Source: Dehalococcoidia bacterium (GTDB lineage Bacteria; Chloroflexota; Dehalococcoidia; Lucifugimonadales; UBA3495). From it: DNA of 21,617 nt. Of the stretch, positions 8,936 to 17,946 are shown piece after piece. The DNA lies in assembly GCA_030740155.1 (NCBI GenBank), contig JASLXV010000029.1, positions 1 through 21,617 on the forward strand, in the 5' to 3' direction. The notes beneath the pieces were generated by a model, which did not search any database, was not told where the DNA came from, and saw only the letters and a list, made by a program, of their open reading frames with translations. Each line of letters starts with the position of its first letter. The stretch's first letter is position 1. The position numbers were made by a program, and so were the translations under genes.

Positions 8936-8963
8936 AAAAGGCCCCCGGCGCTCAACCGGGGGC
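8936..8963. terminator. Intrinsic terminator-like hairpin
   Basis: GCCCCCGG (8941-8948) / CCGGGGGC (8956-8963), with an A-run on the left (U-tract on the minus strand). Confidence 0.5.
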
Positions 8964-9178
8964 TCGGAGTTTAGCGAGACGGAAGGCTGCTTCTTCCGGC
9001 GCCACTTACGATCCGCCGTCCGGTGGCTCAACCAGACACTCTCGCCCGGTCGTGCTGCTCGAACGCCGTCTGCTGTTACTGACGGGCTCCTGCGCCGCAT
9101 CGACCTCCCGCCCATCACACGGCCGCGGTTTGTGCTACTATTTTATGCCCTGGATAAGCCGAGACAGAGGTCGTTTTT

Positions 9179-9625
9179 ATGCGTTGGTTCTTGTTTCTCG
9201 CGTCCCTCGTTCCCCTGGTGGTTGCCTGTGGCCAGTCTGGAACCCCAACTTCTTCCAGTCCCTCGTCCGGGGGCAGCTCCGGCTCGACCGTTACCACGCC
9301 TTCGGGGCTGCAATACAAAGACCTCACCGTGGGAGCGGGGGTAAAGGCCCGGGTGGGCGCGACCGCGGTGGTCCACTACACCGGCTGGCTGATGGACGGC
9401 ACCAAGTTCGATAGCTCCCGGGATCGGGGTGAGCCCTTCGAGTTCGTTATAGGCCGGGGGCAGGTGATCAAGGGCTGGGACGAGGGGGTGGGTTCCATGA
9501 GGGTGGGGAGCAATCGGGAGCTGATCATACCTCCCAGTCTGGCCTATGGGAGCCGGGGCGCGGGAAGTGTCATTCCCCCGGGCGCCGCGCTGCGATTCGA
9601 AGTGGAGCTAATCGGTATGCGTTAG
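9179..9625 (+). CDS. FKBP-type peptidyl-prolyl cis-trans isomerase, lipoprotein
   Basis: Signal peptide with VVAC lipobox and Ser-rich linker; VHYTGWLMDGTKFDSSRDRGEPF, GQVIKGWDEG, IPPSLAYG, FEVEL. Confidence 0.96.
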   Translation: MRWFLFLASLVPLVVACGQSGTPTSSSPSSGGSSGSTVTTPSGLQYKDLTVGAGVKARVGATAVVHYTGWLMDGTKFDSSRDRGEPFEFVIGRGQVIKGWDEGVGSMRVGSNRELIIPPSLAYGSRGAGSVIPPGAALRFEVELIGMR

Positions 9626-10119
9626 CCTTGGCTAGAGGGCCCGTGCTCGAACCAACCGTCCAAGCCTTTGCGTAGGGTGACCTCCCGGCGTCCCACCGTT
9701 CGTGCTAGATAGCCTTGCTCCATCAGGCAGACCACCAGCGCCCGGCCCAGAGCACCTCCCAGGTGTTGGTTCCCTTCGGTCCAGTCCAGACAGCCGAAGG
9801 CGAATTGCCCCCCGGATCTATTGGCGGAGGCGACGTCTACGCCACGGGCGTCTAGCGCCAGTGCTCCGGCGGCGCTGAGGGTGTACCGCACCTGGCGGTC
9901 GAGGCCGATTTCGGCGGTTTCGTCGAGCCATCCAAGATCGAGCATGGAGTCCATGAACCCAACCCCCGCGATCCCGGCCAGGTGCCCGTAGCAGGTGCGA
10001 GCCCTGCGCAGGGGGGTGTCGCGGCGGACCTCACGCGCCGCCTGGGGGCTGATCTTGGGCCGTGCCCGCAGCGGCGCCAAGGACCGGTCTGCGGGCAACC
10101 GCGGGTTCTCTTCAGTCAT
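9622..10119 (-). CDS. Stand-alone C-terminal domain of YdfF-like ArsR regulators (no HTH)
   Basis: ARTCYGHLAG and CLDWTE...HLGGALG motifs. AAGGAGG SD precedes the ATG at 10119. The stop overlaps the FKBP stop (convergent genes). Confidence 0.8.
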   Translation of the reverse strand: MTEENPRLPADRSLAPLRARPKISPQAAREVRRDTPLRRARTCYGHLAGIAGVGFMDSMLDLGWLDETAEIGLDRQVRYTLSAAGALALDARGVDVASANRSGGQFAFGCLDWTEGNQHLGGALGRALVVCLMEQGYLARTVGRREVTLRKGLDGWFEHGPSSQG

Positions 10120-10400
10120 TTCTCGAAACCTCCTTCTAATCCCGCCAGACCAACTCATCCGGCCAGACCATTCTGGCCGGGAGAGGAAGGCCGGCGGCTC
10201 TCCCCAGGTTCGCCGGATCGTATATGACGAATTTTCCTCCGCTAGTGCCGAGCTTGTCAATCCAAGGGGGCAAGTTACGGACTTGTCCGGAGGCTCTGAA
10301 GCGGGAGGGACAGCCGCCGGAGCCGGGGCCTTAGGGGCGCGCTTTCCAGTGCCAGGACCGCTCGATTCTGGCGTCTTGGCGGGACATTGTCTCTCCTCCC

Positions 10401-10429
10401 TTTACATGGCCCCGGTCTGACAGTATATT
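10401..10429 (+). promoter_or_regulatory. Sigma70-type promoter for the GlcG-family gene
   Basis: TTTACA, 17 nt spacer, TATATT. Confidence 0.6.
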
Positions 10430-10460
10430 GAGCCTAAACCCACCATTGGAGGAAGTTTCG

Positions 10461-10874
10461 ATGTATAACAAGCCGATGTTGAGCCTGGAGGAGGCGCACA
10501 CCGCCATCACGGCGATGACCGAGGAGTACAACAAGGACACCAACCGGAAAAAAGTAGACATGGTGGTGGTGGACGACGCGGGGAACCTGATTGCGTACGC
10601 GCGCATGGACCGGTGCTTGAGGCCGAGCTTCGCCCTCCGCAAGGCCTACACCGCGGCCGTCCGAGGCATGGATACGCTGGCCTTGGCCGAGCAACTGAAA
10701 GCCTCGGGCCGGACGATCGAGTCGTTCGGTGACCCCCAGCTCATCGCCATTCCCGGCGGGGTTACCGTGCTCAAAGACGGCGCTGTCGTCGGCGCGATGG
10801 CCGTTGGCGGTCTGCCGAGCGGCATCGACGATGAGGTGATCGCCAAGGCGGGGCTGAAGGCCCTGAACCTCTAG
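10461..10874 (+). CDS. GlcG/HbpS family (heme-binding) protein
   Basis: VVVDDAGNLIAYARMD, ALRKAYTA, IPGGV..DGAVVGAMAVGG...DEVIAKAG; GGAGG SD. Confidence 0.92.
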   Translation: MYNKPMLSLEEAHTAITAMTEEYNKDTNRKKVDMVVVDDAGNLIAYARMDRCLRPSFALRKAYTAAVRGMDTLALAEQLKASGRTIESFGDPQLIAIPGGVTVLKDGAVVGAMAVGGLPSGIDDEVIAKAGLKALNL

Positions 10875-10879
10875 CAGCG

Positions 10880-10912
10880 CTTCTTCCTGATCCCGGATCA
10901 GGAGAGGTTTTT
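10880..10912 (+). terminator. Intrinsic terminator
   Basis: TCCTGATC-CCG-GATCAGGA stem followed by TTTTT, just after the glcG-like stop. Confidence 0.65.
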
Positions 10913-10943
10913 CGCAATTGCGCATCAGGATGCGAATGCCGCC

Positions 10944-10972
10944 GTAGGGGCGGGTTTCAAACCCGCCCCTAC
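10944..10972. repeat. GTAG-type REP palindrome
   Basis: GTAGGGGCGGGTTT-C-AAACCCGCCCCTAC, perfect 14-bp arms. Confidence 0.8.
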
Positions 10973-11167
10973 ATCACGACACCCGTCTGAGATTCCCCGA
11001 GAGGTCTTCCGGCCACGGGTTGATGAGACCTCCGATCATCTCCGGAATATCCAGTCCCGCCGCGCCGTGGCCACCTTCCCGTTGCCACGCCGGGTGGCGC
11101 TGATTGATAGACTGGGGCGTGGTTGGCCCATGGATCAACCTGGTGGATCGAACGGGAAGTGGGTTTG

Positions 11168-11200
11168 CCGGTATTCGCCCGGTATTCGCCCGGTGTTCGT
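11168..11200. repeat. 11-bp-period direct repeat x3 upstream of the crotonase gene
   Basis: CCGGTATTCGC CCGGTATTCGC CCGGTGTTCGT. Confidence 0.75.
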
Positions 11201-11265
11201 AATGTCGCGCGGGTTAGGCAAGTCCGGCCCGCGAGAGACGAACGGAGAGAGTGGAAGGAGGTCGA

Positions 11266-12075
11266 ATGAACTACGAAACCCTGTATCTGGAGAGGATCGG
11301 CCACGTGGCTATCCTCACCTTGAACCGGCCGGACCAGATGAACGCCATCAACCACCAGTTGAGGTCCGAACTCAACCTGGCCCTGGACGAGGTGGCCGGG
11401 GAGTTTCCCGATACCCGGGTGCTGATCATCACGGGGGCGGGGCGGGGCTTCTGCTCCGGCGCCGACGTGGGCGACCAGGCCGCGCGCCTGTCCCAGGGAC
11501 AAGAACAAGACCCCTCAAAACAGAGCACGGACGCGGCCCTCTCCGAGAGCAGGACCGCCGTGGCCCCGCGCCTGCCGCTGCTGCCTCAGCCGGTCATCGC
11601 GGCGGTCAACGGCGTGGCGGTGGGCGCCGGACTATCCATCGCCCTGGCCAGCGACATCCGCGTCGCCTCCGACAAAGCCCGGTTTTCCTCCATCTTCATC
11701 AAGCGCGCCGGGGTGCCGGACAACGGCGCTTCCTACCTTTTGCCCGCTCTGGTGGGGCCGGGAGTAGCCGCGGAGATGGCCCTCACTGGCCGCATCTACG
11801 ATGCCCAGTGGGCCTACCGGGTGGGCCTGGTGAACATGGTGGTCCCGGCCGACGAGTTGTTGGAATCCGCTAAGTCTCTGGCCCTGGAAATTGCTTCCAA
11901 CCCGCCCCTGGCGGTCCGGGCTACCAAGGAAGTCCAGAACCGGCACCTCCCCGACCTGCAAGAGCTTGACCGGTTGGAGCGTGAAGCTAACGCCCCAACG
12001 AGCGACAGCGAGGACCGGCGCGAGGCCATCCTTTCGTTCCTGGAGAAACGCGCGCCGGTGTACAAGGGCCGGTAG
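11266..12075 (+). CDS. Enoyl-CoA hydratase/isomerase (crotonase) family, PaaG-like
   Basis: LTLNRPDQMNA, GRGFCSGAD, PVIAAVNGVAVGAG, GVPDNGAS (Asp-type, lacking the two canonical Glu); AAGGAGG SD. Confidence 0.93.
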   Translation: MNYETLYLERIGHVAILTLNRPDQMNAINHQLRSELNLALDEVAGEFPDTRVLIITGAGRGFCSGADVGDQAARLSQGQEQDPSKQSTDAALSESRTAVAPRLPLLPQPVIAAVNGVAVGAGLSIALASDIRVASDKARFSSIFIKRAGVPDNGASYLLPALVGPGVAAEMALTGRIYDAQWAYRVGLVNMVVPADELLESAKSLALEIASNPPLAVRATKEVQNRHLPDLQELDRLEREANAPTSDSEDRREAILSFLEKRAPVYKGR

Positions 12076-12213
12076 CTGAAGGGGTGTCTTCAACCGTATT
12101 GGCTTGGAGACGCGGGGTTGCCGGTGGGAGAGATGCCCGCTCATCGCCCTGAGGTTTCGCCACCGAAAGCTCCCGGCTTCTCTGAGCCCGCACGGCCAAA
12201 ACTCAAGACAAGA

Positions 12214-12259
12214 AAATCCCCCGTGATCCCCCTTTGTAAGGGGGGACCCAGGGGGATTT
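12214..12259. repeat. C/G-tract nested palindrome (REP/MITE-like)
   Basis: AAATCCCCC-gtga-TCCCCCTT-tgt-AAGGGGGGA-ccca-GGGGGATTT, between convergent genes. A related partial copy is at 20908-20942. Confidence 0.7.
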
Positions 12260-12280
12260 CGCTGCACCTGGCGCCGGTTA

Positions 12281-13915
12281 TCAGTAGGGCCGGCGGGCCT
12301 CCATGTTGGTGTGGATGTCCAGCAAGACCGTTTTGCCTTCCCGGTTGAGCTGCTGCGCCCTGGCCAGGGCCGGGCCGACCTCGGATGGCTGGGTGACAGT
12401 GATGCCCACGGCTCCCATTCCTTCGGCGATCTTGGCGTAGTCACCGCCCATGCGGGTAACCCCGTAGAGTTCGCTGGCGGTGGGAAAGCCACCGGGATAA
12501 GTGGCCATGCCGCCGTTGTCCAACACGATGGTGGTGATGGCCGCCCCGGACCGGACCGAGGTCTCGATATCCAGGCCGGACATGCCGAAGGCGGCGTCGC
12601 CCATGAGGTTGAGGCAGAATTTTTCGGGTGCGGCCAGCTTGGCCCCTATCATCACCGGGATGCCGAAACCCAGGTGAGTGGTCTTGCCCCAGCCGATGTA
12701 GCTGTGAGGAGTGGAGGCCGTGAAAAAGGGCACCATGCTGTCCCGGGGAGCGCCGGCATCATGGGTCACGACGCTGTTCTCCTTGTTCAGTGCCTTTTCC
12801 AGTTCGCTTATAACGCGGTAGGTACCGATGGGCACCTCGTCGGAGTTCAGCAGGGGCGACCACTCGTCCATCCACTCCTTTCGGATCTTGGCGATCTCCG
12901 CCACCACACCGTTTTGGTCCTTCCTTCCCGTGCTGCCGAGCTGTGCCTTGACCTCCTCAATCATCGCCCGGAGGGTCAGCTTGGCGTCGCCGGGCAAGCC
13001 AACGTCAACGGAGAAATCCTTGTTGATGTCTTCGATGCTCTCGACGCTGTGGATGATCACCTTGCCATCGGGAATCGGCTGGCCGTAGTTGGTCCGGGTC
13101 ATGCTGGAACCGACGGCGAAAAGAACGTCGGATTCCTTGATCCAGGTCCGCGCGGCCTCCGACGTCGCGCGGCTGCCCGCCCCCAGGGAGAGGGGATGCC
13201 GCTCGTCGAATGACGACTTGCCGGGCATGGTGGTGAAGACCGGTATCTGGGTAAGCTCGGCCAGCTCCCGCAGCTCTTCGGTTGCCGAGGCGATGAGCAC
13301 CCCCGCGCCGGACCAGATGAGAGGCTTCTTGGCGTTGAGCAGCAGTTTTACCGCTTCGGCCACGTCGCTGGGGGAAGGCGACTGCCGCATCCGTTTGGGC
13401 GGTTGATAGTTGAGCGCGGAGTCCGGGGCTTCCTCGGAGCCAACATCGGCTGGAATCTCCACTATCACCGGGCCGCCGCGCCCGTTGCGCAGGGCATGGA
13501 AGGCCCGCCGCATGACCGCGCCCACCTGCCCTGCCTGGTAGATAACCTCGGCTTGCTTGGACACGGTGCGGTAGGTGCGCGCCGGCGAGAAATTGGGGCG
13601 GACCGACCGCTGGCTGAGTGGTGGGCCGCCCGGAAGATAAAGCATCGGAATATTGTCGGCGAAGGCTTGGGCGAGGCCGCCCATGGAGTTTTCAGAGCCG
13701 GGACCGCCTTGTGAAATGGCCACACCGAACTTGTTCCGGTCGTTCATGCGGCTGTACCCATCGGCGGCCATGAGCGCGCCCCGTTCCTGCCTGAACATGA
13801 CGGTCCGGATGCCTTCCTTAGCCAAAGCTTCAATCAATGGGTTGGTCGGGAAACAGGTCACCAGTTCGACGCCCTCGGTCTTCAGAATCCGGGCCACCGC
13901 CTCAACAACGTTCAT
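12281..13915 (-). CDS. Thiamine diphosphate-dependent enzyme (acetolactate synthase-like superfamily)
   Basis: RQERGALMAADGYSR (catalytic Glu), GGPGSEN, and GDAAFGM...VLDNG ThDP/Mg motif; 544 aa. Confidence 0.95.
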   Translation of the reverse strand: MNVVEAVARILKTEGVELVTCFPTNPLIEALAKEGIRTVMFRQERGALMAADGYSRMNDRNKFGVAISQGGPGSENSMGGLAQAFADNIPMLYLPGGPPLSQRSVRPNFSPARTYRTVSKQAEVIYQAGQVGAVMRRAFHALRNGRGGPVIVEIPADVGSEEAPDSALNYQPPKRMRQSPSPSDVAEAVKLLLNAKKPLIWSGAGVLIASATEELRELAELTQIPVFTTMPGKSSFDERHPLSLGAGSRATSEAARTWIKESDVLFAVGSSMTRTNYGQPIPDGKVIIHSVESIEDINKDFSVDVGLPGDAKLTLRAMIEEVKAQLGSTGRKDQNGVVAEIAKIRKEWMDEWSPLLNSDEVPIGTYRVISELEKALNKENSVVTHDAGAPRDSMVPFFTASTPHSYIGWGKTTHLGFGIPVMIGAKLAAPEKFCLNLMGDAAFGMSGLDIETSVRSGAAITTIVLDNGGMATYPGGFPTASELYGVTRMGGDYAKIAEGMGAVGITVTQPSEVGPALARAQQLNREGKTVLLDIHTNMEARRPY

Positions 13916-14497
13916 AATCCTGTCGCTCCATTGTGTCTATTCCGGGGTCTATTTGGGGGACTATTGGGAATTCTGCCGATCCATCGACCGGCGGCTGAAT
14001 TGCATTTCAATTCGGACCTGATAAACATAGATGTTCCGGCGTTCCCGGTCAACACCCCGGACACGAAGGGTGAGACGGAACCAACTCTGAATGAAAGTGA
14101 TTCCGGCGGCTGCGCTCGCCCCGCGGCGGGACCGCCGGCGTTAATGGGGTCAGGGGAGGCCCGTGGGAACCGAAATCGGCGAGGCGGCATGAGTTTCCAA
14201 TCAGGGATGGCCAACCGGCCATCGCCGACCGGGACCAGAGGCCGATGCGGGCCGGACGCGGAAGCTTGGGATTTGGCAATCCCGGCCAGCGAATACCGCT
14301 TCAAAACGGCGACTCCTTGCGCCGTGGCTAAGGGGCCACTAGAATTGGGAGTGCCGGAACGCTTGCTCAAGAATCATCGGGTCCCGCGGGCGGGCCGGCG
14401 CCGGACGATACCGCGGGATACTTTCGGTATTCAGGCCCCATCTCGGTTCAAATGATGGGACGCACCCAAGTACTCGGTCAACTTGGTTTTGGCAGGA

Positions 14498-14570
14498 TGT
14501 CATTCTGAGGAGCAGAGCGACGAAGAATCTCATTGTTACGCTGAGATTCTTCGCTTCGCTCAGAATGACA
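14498..14570. repeat. TGTCATTCTGAG-type REP/REPIN palindrome
   Basis: TGTCATTCTGAG...CGAAGAATCTCA / TGAGATTCTTCG...CTCAGAATGACA. Confidence 0.85.
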
Positions 14571-14658
14571 ATTCGCAGATTTAAGCTGACTGAGTACTAG
14601 GCTCAAACCGTGCCGGAGGCGGCACGCCAAGACCAACCATAGGAGGTGGGGAGCAATC

Positions 14659-15588
14659 ATGCCAAACAGCGAAATTCGAGGAGTTGTCGTCCCGATTCTG
14701 ACTCCGCTGAACCCCGACGAAACCGTGGACGTGAAATCTCTCAGGCGGCTGATCAACTACTTGATCGACAACGGGGTCCACGGCATCTGGATTTCAGGCA
14801 CGACGGGCGAGTTTGCGTCACTGTCCGACAAAGAACGCCTCATCAGCATCGAGACGTGCGTGGACGAAGTTGCCGGCCGGGTACCGGTGATTGGCAACGT
14901 GTCGGAGGCCAGCACCCAACTGTCGCTCAATATGGCGCTGGCGGTGCAGGAGATGGGACTGGACGGCGTGGCCGTCACTCCCCCGTACTACTTCCCGAAC
15001 GCGCAGGATGAAGTGCTCGACCACTACCGTTACCTGAAGGACCGCTCCGGGTTGCCCCTCTGGGTCTACAATATTCCCCAGACGGTCAAAACGGCGGTCG
15101 CCCCCGGCACCATCGCCACGTTGGCCAGCGAAGGGGCCGTGGTCGGAGTGAAGGACAGTTCCGGCGCGGGCGAGTTGTTGGCGGAACTCAATGTGATGTG
15201 CGAGCAGGGAGATCTCCAACTTCTGCGGTTCCTCGGCACCATGTTCCGCATCACCAGCGCCGGGTCGGTTGGGGTCCACGGGGTGATCCCCGCTCTCGCG
15301 AATCTGGCCCCCGCGGCCGCCGCCCGAGGCTGGGAGGCCGGTGAGGCCGGTGACGCCGCCACGGTGAAAGAGTGCAACGCGAAGTTACTGATCGCGGCCG
15401 GGATAGCGCGTCTCTCCAAGGGTGGCGGACCGAACGCCGCCAGCTTGGCCGGCATGAAGGCGGCGCTGAAGTTAATGGGGATATTGGACAGCGACACAGT
15501 AACCAGGCCGCTACGGCCGCTGACCGATGAGGAAAAGCAAGGGATACCCGGTATCCTGGCCAACCGGGGGCTGTCCAACGGCGCGTGA
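14659..15588 (+). CDS. Dihydrodipicolinate synthase / N-acetylneuraminate lyase family class I aldolase
   Basis: GTTGEF, PPYY, VYNIPQ and GVKDSSG (Schiff-base Lys). Substrate unknown, so not assigned dapA. Confidence 0.93.
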   Translation: MPNSEIRGVVVPILTPLNPDETVDVKSLRRLINYLIDNGVHGIWISGTTGEFASLSDKERLISIETCVDEVAGRVPVIGNVSEASTQLSLNMALAVQEMGLDGVAVTPPYYFPNAQDEVLDHYRYLKDRSGLPLWVYNIPQTVKTAVAPGTIATLASEGAVVGVKDSSGAGELLAELNVMCEQGDLQLLRFLGTMFRITSAGSVGVHGVIPALANLAPAAAARGWEAGEAGDAATVKECNAKLLIAAGIARLSKGGGPNAASLAGMKAALKLMGILDSDTVTRPLRPLTDEEKQGIPGILANRGLSNGA

Positions 15589-15790
15589 TCCGCGGGTCTG
15601 TCCGAAGATGGTTGGCGGCCGGCATAGTTGGGAAGGCCGGCCGCCTCCCGAAACGGGACCGGGAGCCGGTCGATGCCGCCCGCGTGTCCTGGTGACCCCC
15701 GGCAGGGGTAGATCTGAAAGTCCCGGGTTTGCTGCCGGGCCGGTAGACGGACTGGTCCTATCTTGAAGGTCTTAATTCGGTAACGGTGCA

Positions 15791-16243
15791 ATGAATTCGC
15801 TGTTGGAAGTGTCGATAGAGCCCGCTCGGGATGAAGACCTGCCCGAGGTCCAGGCCCTCCTGGAAAGGAGCGGCCTGCCGCTGGTCGGCTACGCGGACCA
15901 CCTGTCCACGGCGCTGGTCGGGCGGGAAGAGGAGCGCATCGTGGCGAGCGCCGCGATGGAGCTGTACGGGCCGGCAGGGTTGCTGCGCTCGGTGGCCGTG
16001 GATGAGTCGTGGCGCGGCCTCGGCCTCGGGAATCGGATCGTCCTCGCCGCCATGGCCCTGTCCCGGAAGCATGGCGCCGCCACCATCTACCTGCTCACGG
16101 AGTCGGCTCAGGCCTTCTTCGAACGGCTCGGTTTCGAATCCCTTCCCCGGAACGAGGTGCCTGCCTCGGTGCAAGCTTCGTTGGAATTTTCGATAGCCTG
16201 CCCGGACTCAGTCCAAGCGATGGTCTTGCAAGAGCCCGGGTGA
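15791..16243 (+). CDS. GNAT N-acetyltransferase, ArsN2-like
   Basis: LLERSGLP, GLLRSVAV...RGLGLG, YLLTESAQAFFERLGF, ASLEFSIACPDS. Confidence 0.85.
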   Translation: MNSLLEVSIEPARDEDLPEVQALLERSGLPLVGYADHLSTALVGREEERIVASAAMELYGPAGLLRSVAVDESWRGLGLGNRIVLAAMALSRKHGAATIYLLTESAQAFFERLGFESLPRNEVPASVQASLEFSIACPDSVQAMVLQEPG

Positions 16244-16383
16244 CGGGGCCGGTCCTCGGCGGGTCAATGCCTGATGGCGTCCGTTTGCGGTGAAATTAGG
16301 GCCTCCACCCCCGGCGGCCCTTGCCTGGCCGGTCCACTTCCACCCCTTCAGCCCATTTTGGGGTGTCCTTTACCCAGGTTCGA

Positions 16384-16392
16384 TGGTATACT
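16384..16392 (+). promoter_or_regulatory. Extended -10 promoter (TGnTATACT)
   Basis: TGGTATACT about 55-65 nt upstream of the regulator start. Confidence 0.5.
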
Positions 16393-16445
16393 AGTTCCAA
16401 GATTCACAATAGCCCATTGGCTGCGCTCAACGTCCTGGATACCTC

Positions 16446-17633
16446 ATGGGGACAGGCATGAACAACGCTGCAAACCTGGTCTATTTCGCCTCCGACGCCG
16501 CCTTTGCCGTGAACGGCGATTGCCGGCTGGTCGCCTGGAACACCCGGGCCGAAGCCCTATTCGGCTACCCGTCTCAGGAGGTCATCGGCCGCTATTGCCA
16601 CCAGGTCCTCAGGGCCCTTTTGCCCGATGGGAAACCCCTCTGCTCCCCCAACTGTCCGGCCATGACCGGTTTCGGTCACGGGACCCCTTTCGCCGCGCGT
16701 AGCTGTTTGTCCCCGCACAAAGATGGCCACTGGATGCCAATCGCCCTGAGCAGCATGGCCGTCCCCAGCACCGCCAACGACGGTAAACCCACGGCCATGA
16801 TCTTTATCAGGCCTCTGCACCAGGTCTCGCAGCCGGAGGTCCCGCCCACCGTTTTGCGGATCTCCACCCTCGGCCGTTTCGCTCTCTCCGTGAATGACTG
16901 TGATGTCCCTTTCCGCCGATGGCAACGGAAGCAGGCCTTGACCCTTCTCAAATACCTGATCACCAACCGGGGCCGTGTCGTCCACCGGGAGCGGCTGATC
17001 GAGTGCCTGTGGCCGGAGGCTCCGGAACGGCGCGGGTGGGAGCGCTTGAAGGTAACCGTCTGTTCGCTGCGTCGCGAACTCCGCGGCGCCGGAATCGACG
17101 AGGAGATCGTCGGCACGGCGGACGAGGCCTATTTCTTGCGCCCTGAAGCGGTACGGCTGGACGTCGAGGCCCTGGATGATCTGGTCCGTGAAGGGAACGG
17201 CCTGGCCCGCCGGGGCATGCTGGATGAAGCCCTGCGGTGCTACCGGGATGCACGCGATCTGTACCGGGGCGACTATTTGGAGGAAGACCTCTACGCCGAT
17301 TGGTGCGCCGCGGAGCGAGAACGGCTGCGGGAGGTATTCCTTCAAACCCTGGTGAGAATGGCCTCCATCTATGCCGGGATGGGCGACTTGGATCATGCAG
17401 CCCGGGCGTGCCGTAACGCGCTGGCTTGGGAACCCTGCCGGGAAAGCCTCCATCGCTCACTGATGCTATACCTCTGGCGCCAGGGACACCGGGACGAAGC
17501 GCTGGCCCAGTATCAGGCCTGCACCCAGGCTCTGGCCGACACGCTGGGGGTGGAGCCCCTGCCTGACACCCAGCGGTTGTACCATCAGATCCAACGCTCG
17601 TCCGGGGAGAGGGCTTCACTGCTCGTCTCCTAG
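16446..17633 (+). CDS. PAS + winged-helix + BTAD (SARP-like) transcriptional regulator
   Basis: PAS (AFAVN..CRLVAWNTRAEALFGY), wHTH (LRISTLGRF..LLKYL..RERLIECLWPE) and BTAD (LYRGDYLEE..W..ERERLRE..EPCRESLHR.LM). The start may be 16458. Confidence 0.9.
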   Translation: MGTGMNNAANLVYFASDAAFAVNGDCRLVAWNTRAEALFGYPSQEVIGRYCHQVLRALLPDGKPLCSPNCPAMTGFGHGTPFAARSCLSPHKDGHWMPIALSSMAVPSTANDGKPTAMIFIRPLHQVSQPEVPPTVLRISTLGRFALSVNDCDVPFRRWQRKQALTLLKYLITNRGRVVHRERLIECLWPEAPERRGWERLKVTVCSLRRELRGAGIDEEIVGTADEAYFLRPEAVRLDVEALDDLVREGNGLARRGMLDEALRCYRDARDLYRGDYLEEDLYADWCAAERERLREVFLQTLVRMASIYAGMGDLDHAARACRNALAWEPCRESLHRSLMLYLWRQGHRDEALAQYQACTQALADTLGVEPLPDTQRLYHQIQRSSGERASLLVS

Positions 17634-17873
17634 CTCCCGCCGTTAATTCGGTACGGCCTTTCATCACCCCTGAACTCCTTTTGTTTGCCCTATGGACCTC
17701 TTCTCAGAGCACCTTCCTCTCAGCGTCGCGGTAACCCTCATCCTGGCCTGACACCGGGACCCGAATGCCTCTTGGCTTCACCGCTTCCGCCCCAAAAGGC
17801 GCGAGGACACCGGCGGAAGCCCGGCCGGGGAACACGTTTGGAAGCCCGATCAGTTTCCCGGCCGGACCGGACG

Positions 17874-17936
17874 GGGTCGCATTGACTACCTCATGAGGCC
17901 GTGGTATAGGTAGTCAAGTACCCTCGACCCGGGAGG
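17874..17936 (+). promoter_or_regulatory. Promoter with overlapping inverted repeat (copy 1)
   Basis: TTGACT (17882), 17 nt spacer, TATAGG with upstream TG. Perfect IR TTGACTACCT / AGGTAGTCAA, outer GGGTCG / CGACCC, then GGGAGG SD. Confidence 0.75.
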
Positions 17937-17946
17937 TGTAGACCGC

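Noticed and set aside
12311..13213. 300-aa plus-strand ORF and similar long antisense ORFs (for example 16557-17453, 19402-20124)
   Set aside because: These are shadow ORFs opposite well-supported genes, as expected in high-GC DNA.
13990..14050. TPP riboswitch near the ThDP enzyme gene (ACCTGAT...CCGGCGT)
   Set aside because: It is on the wrong strand for that gene and lacks CTGAGA, the GGGG/ACCC stem and AGGGA.
13912..14455. ORFs in the ThDP/DapA divergent intergenic region
   Set aside because: No SD, motif or protein-like composition.
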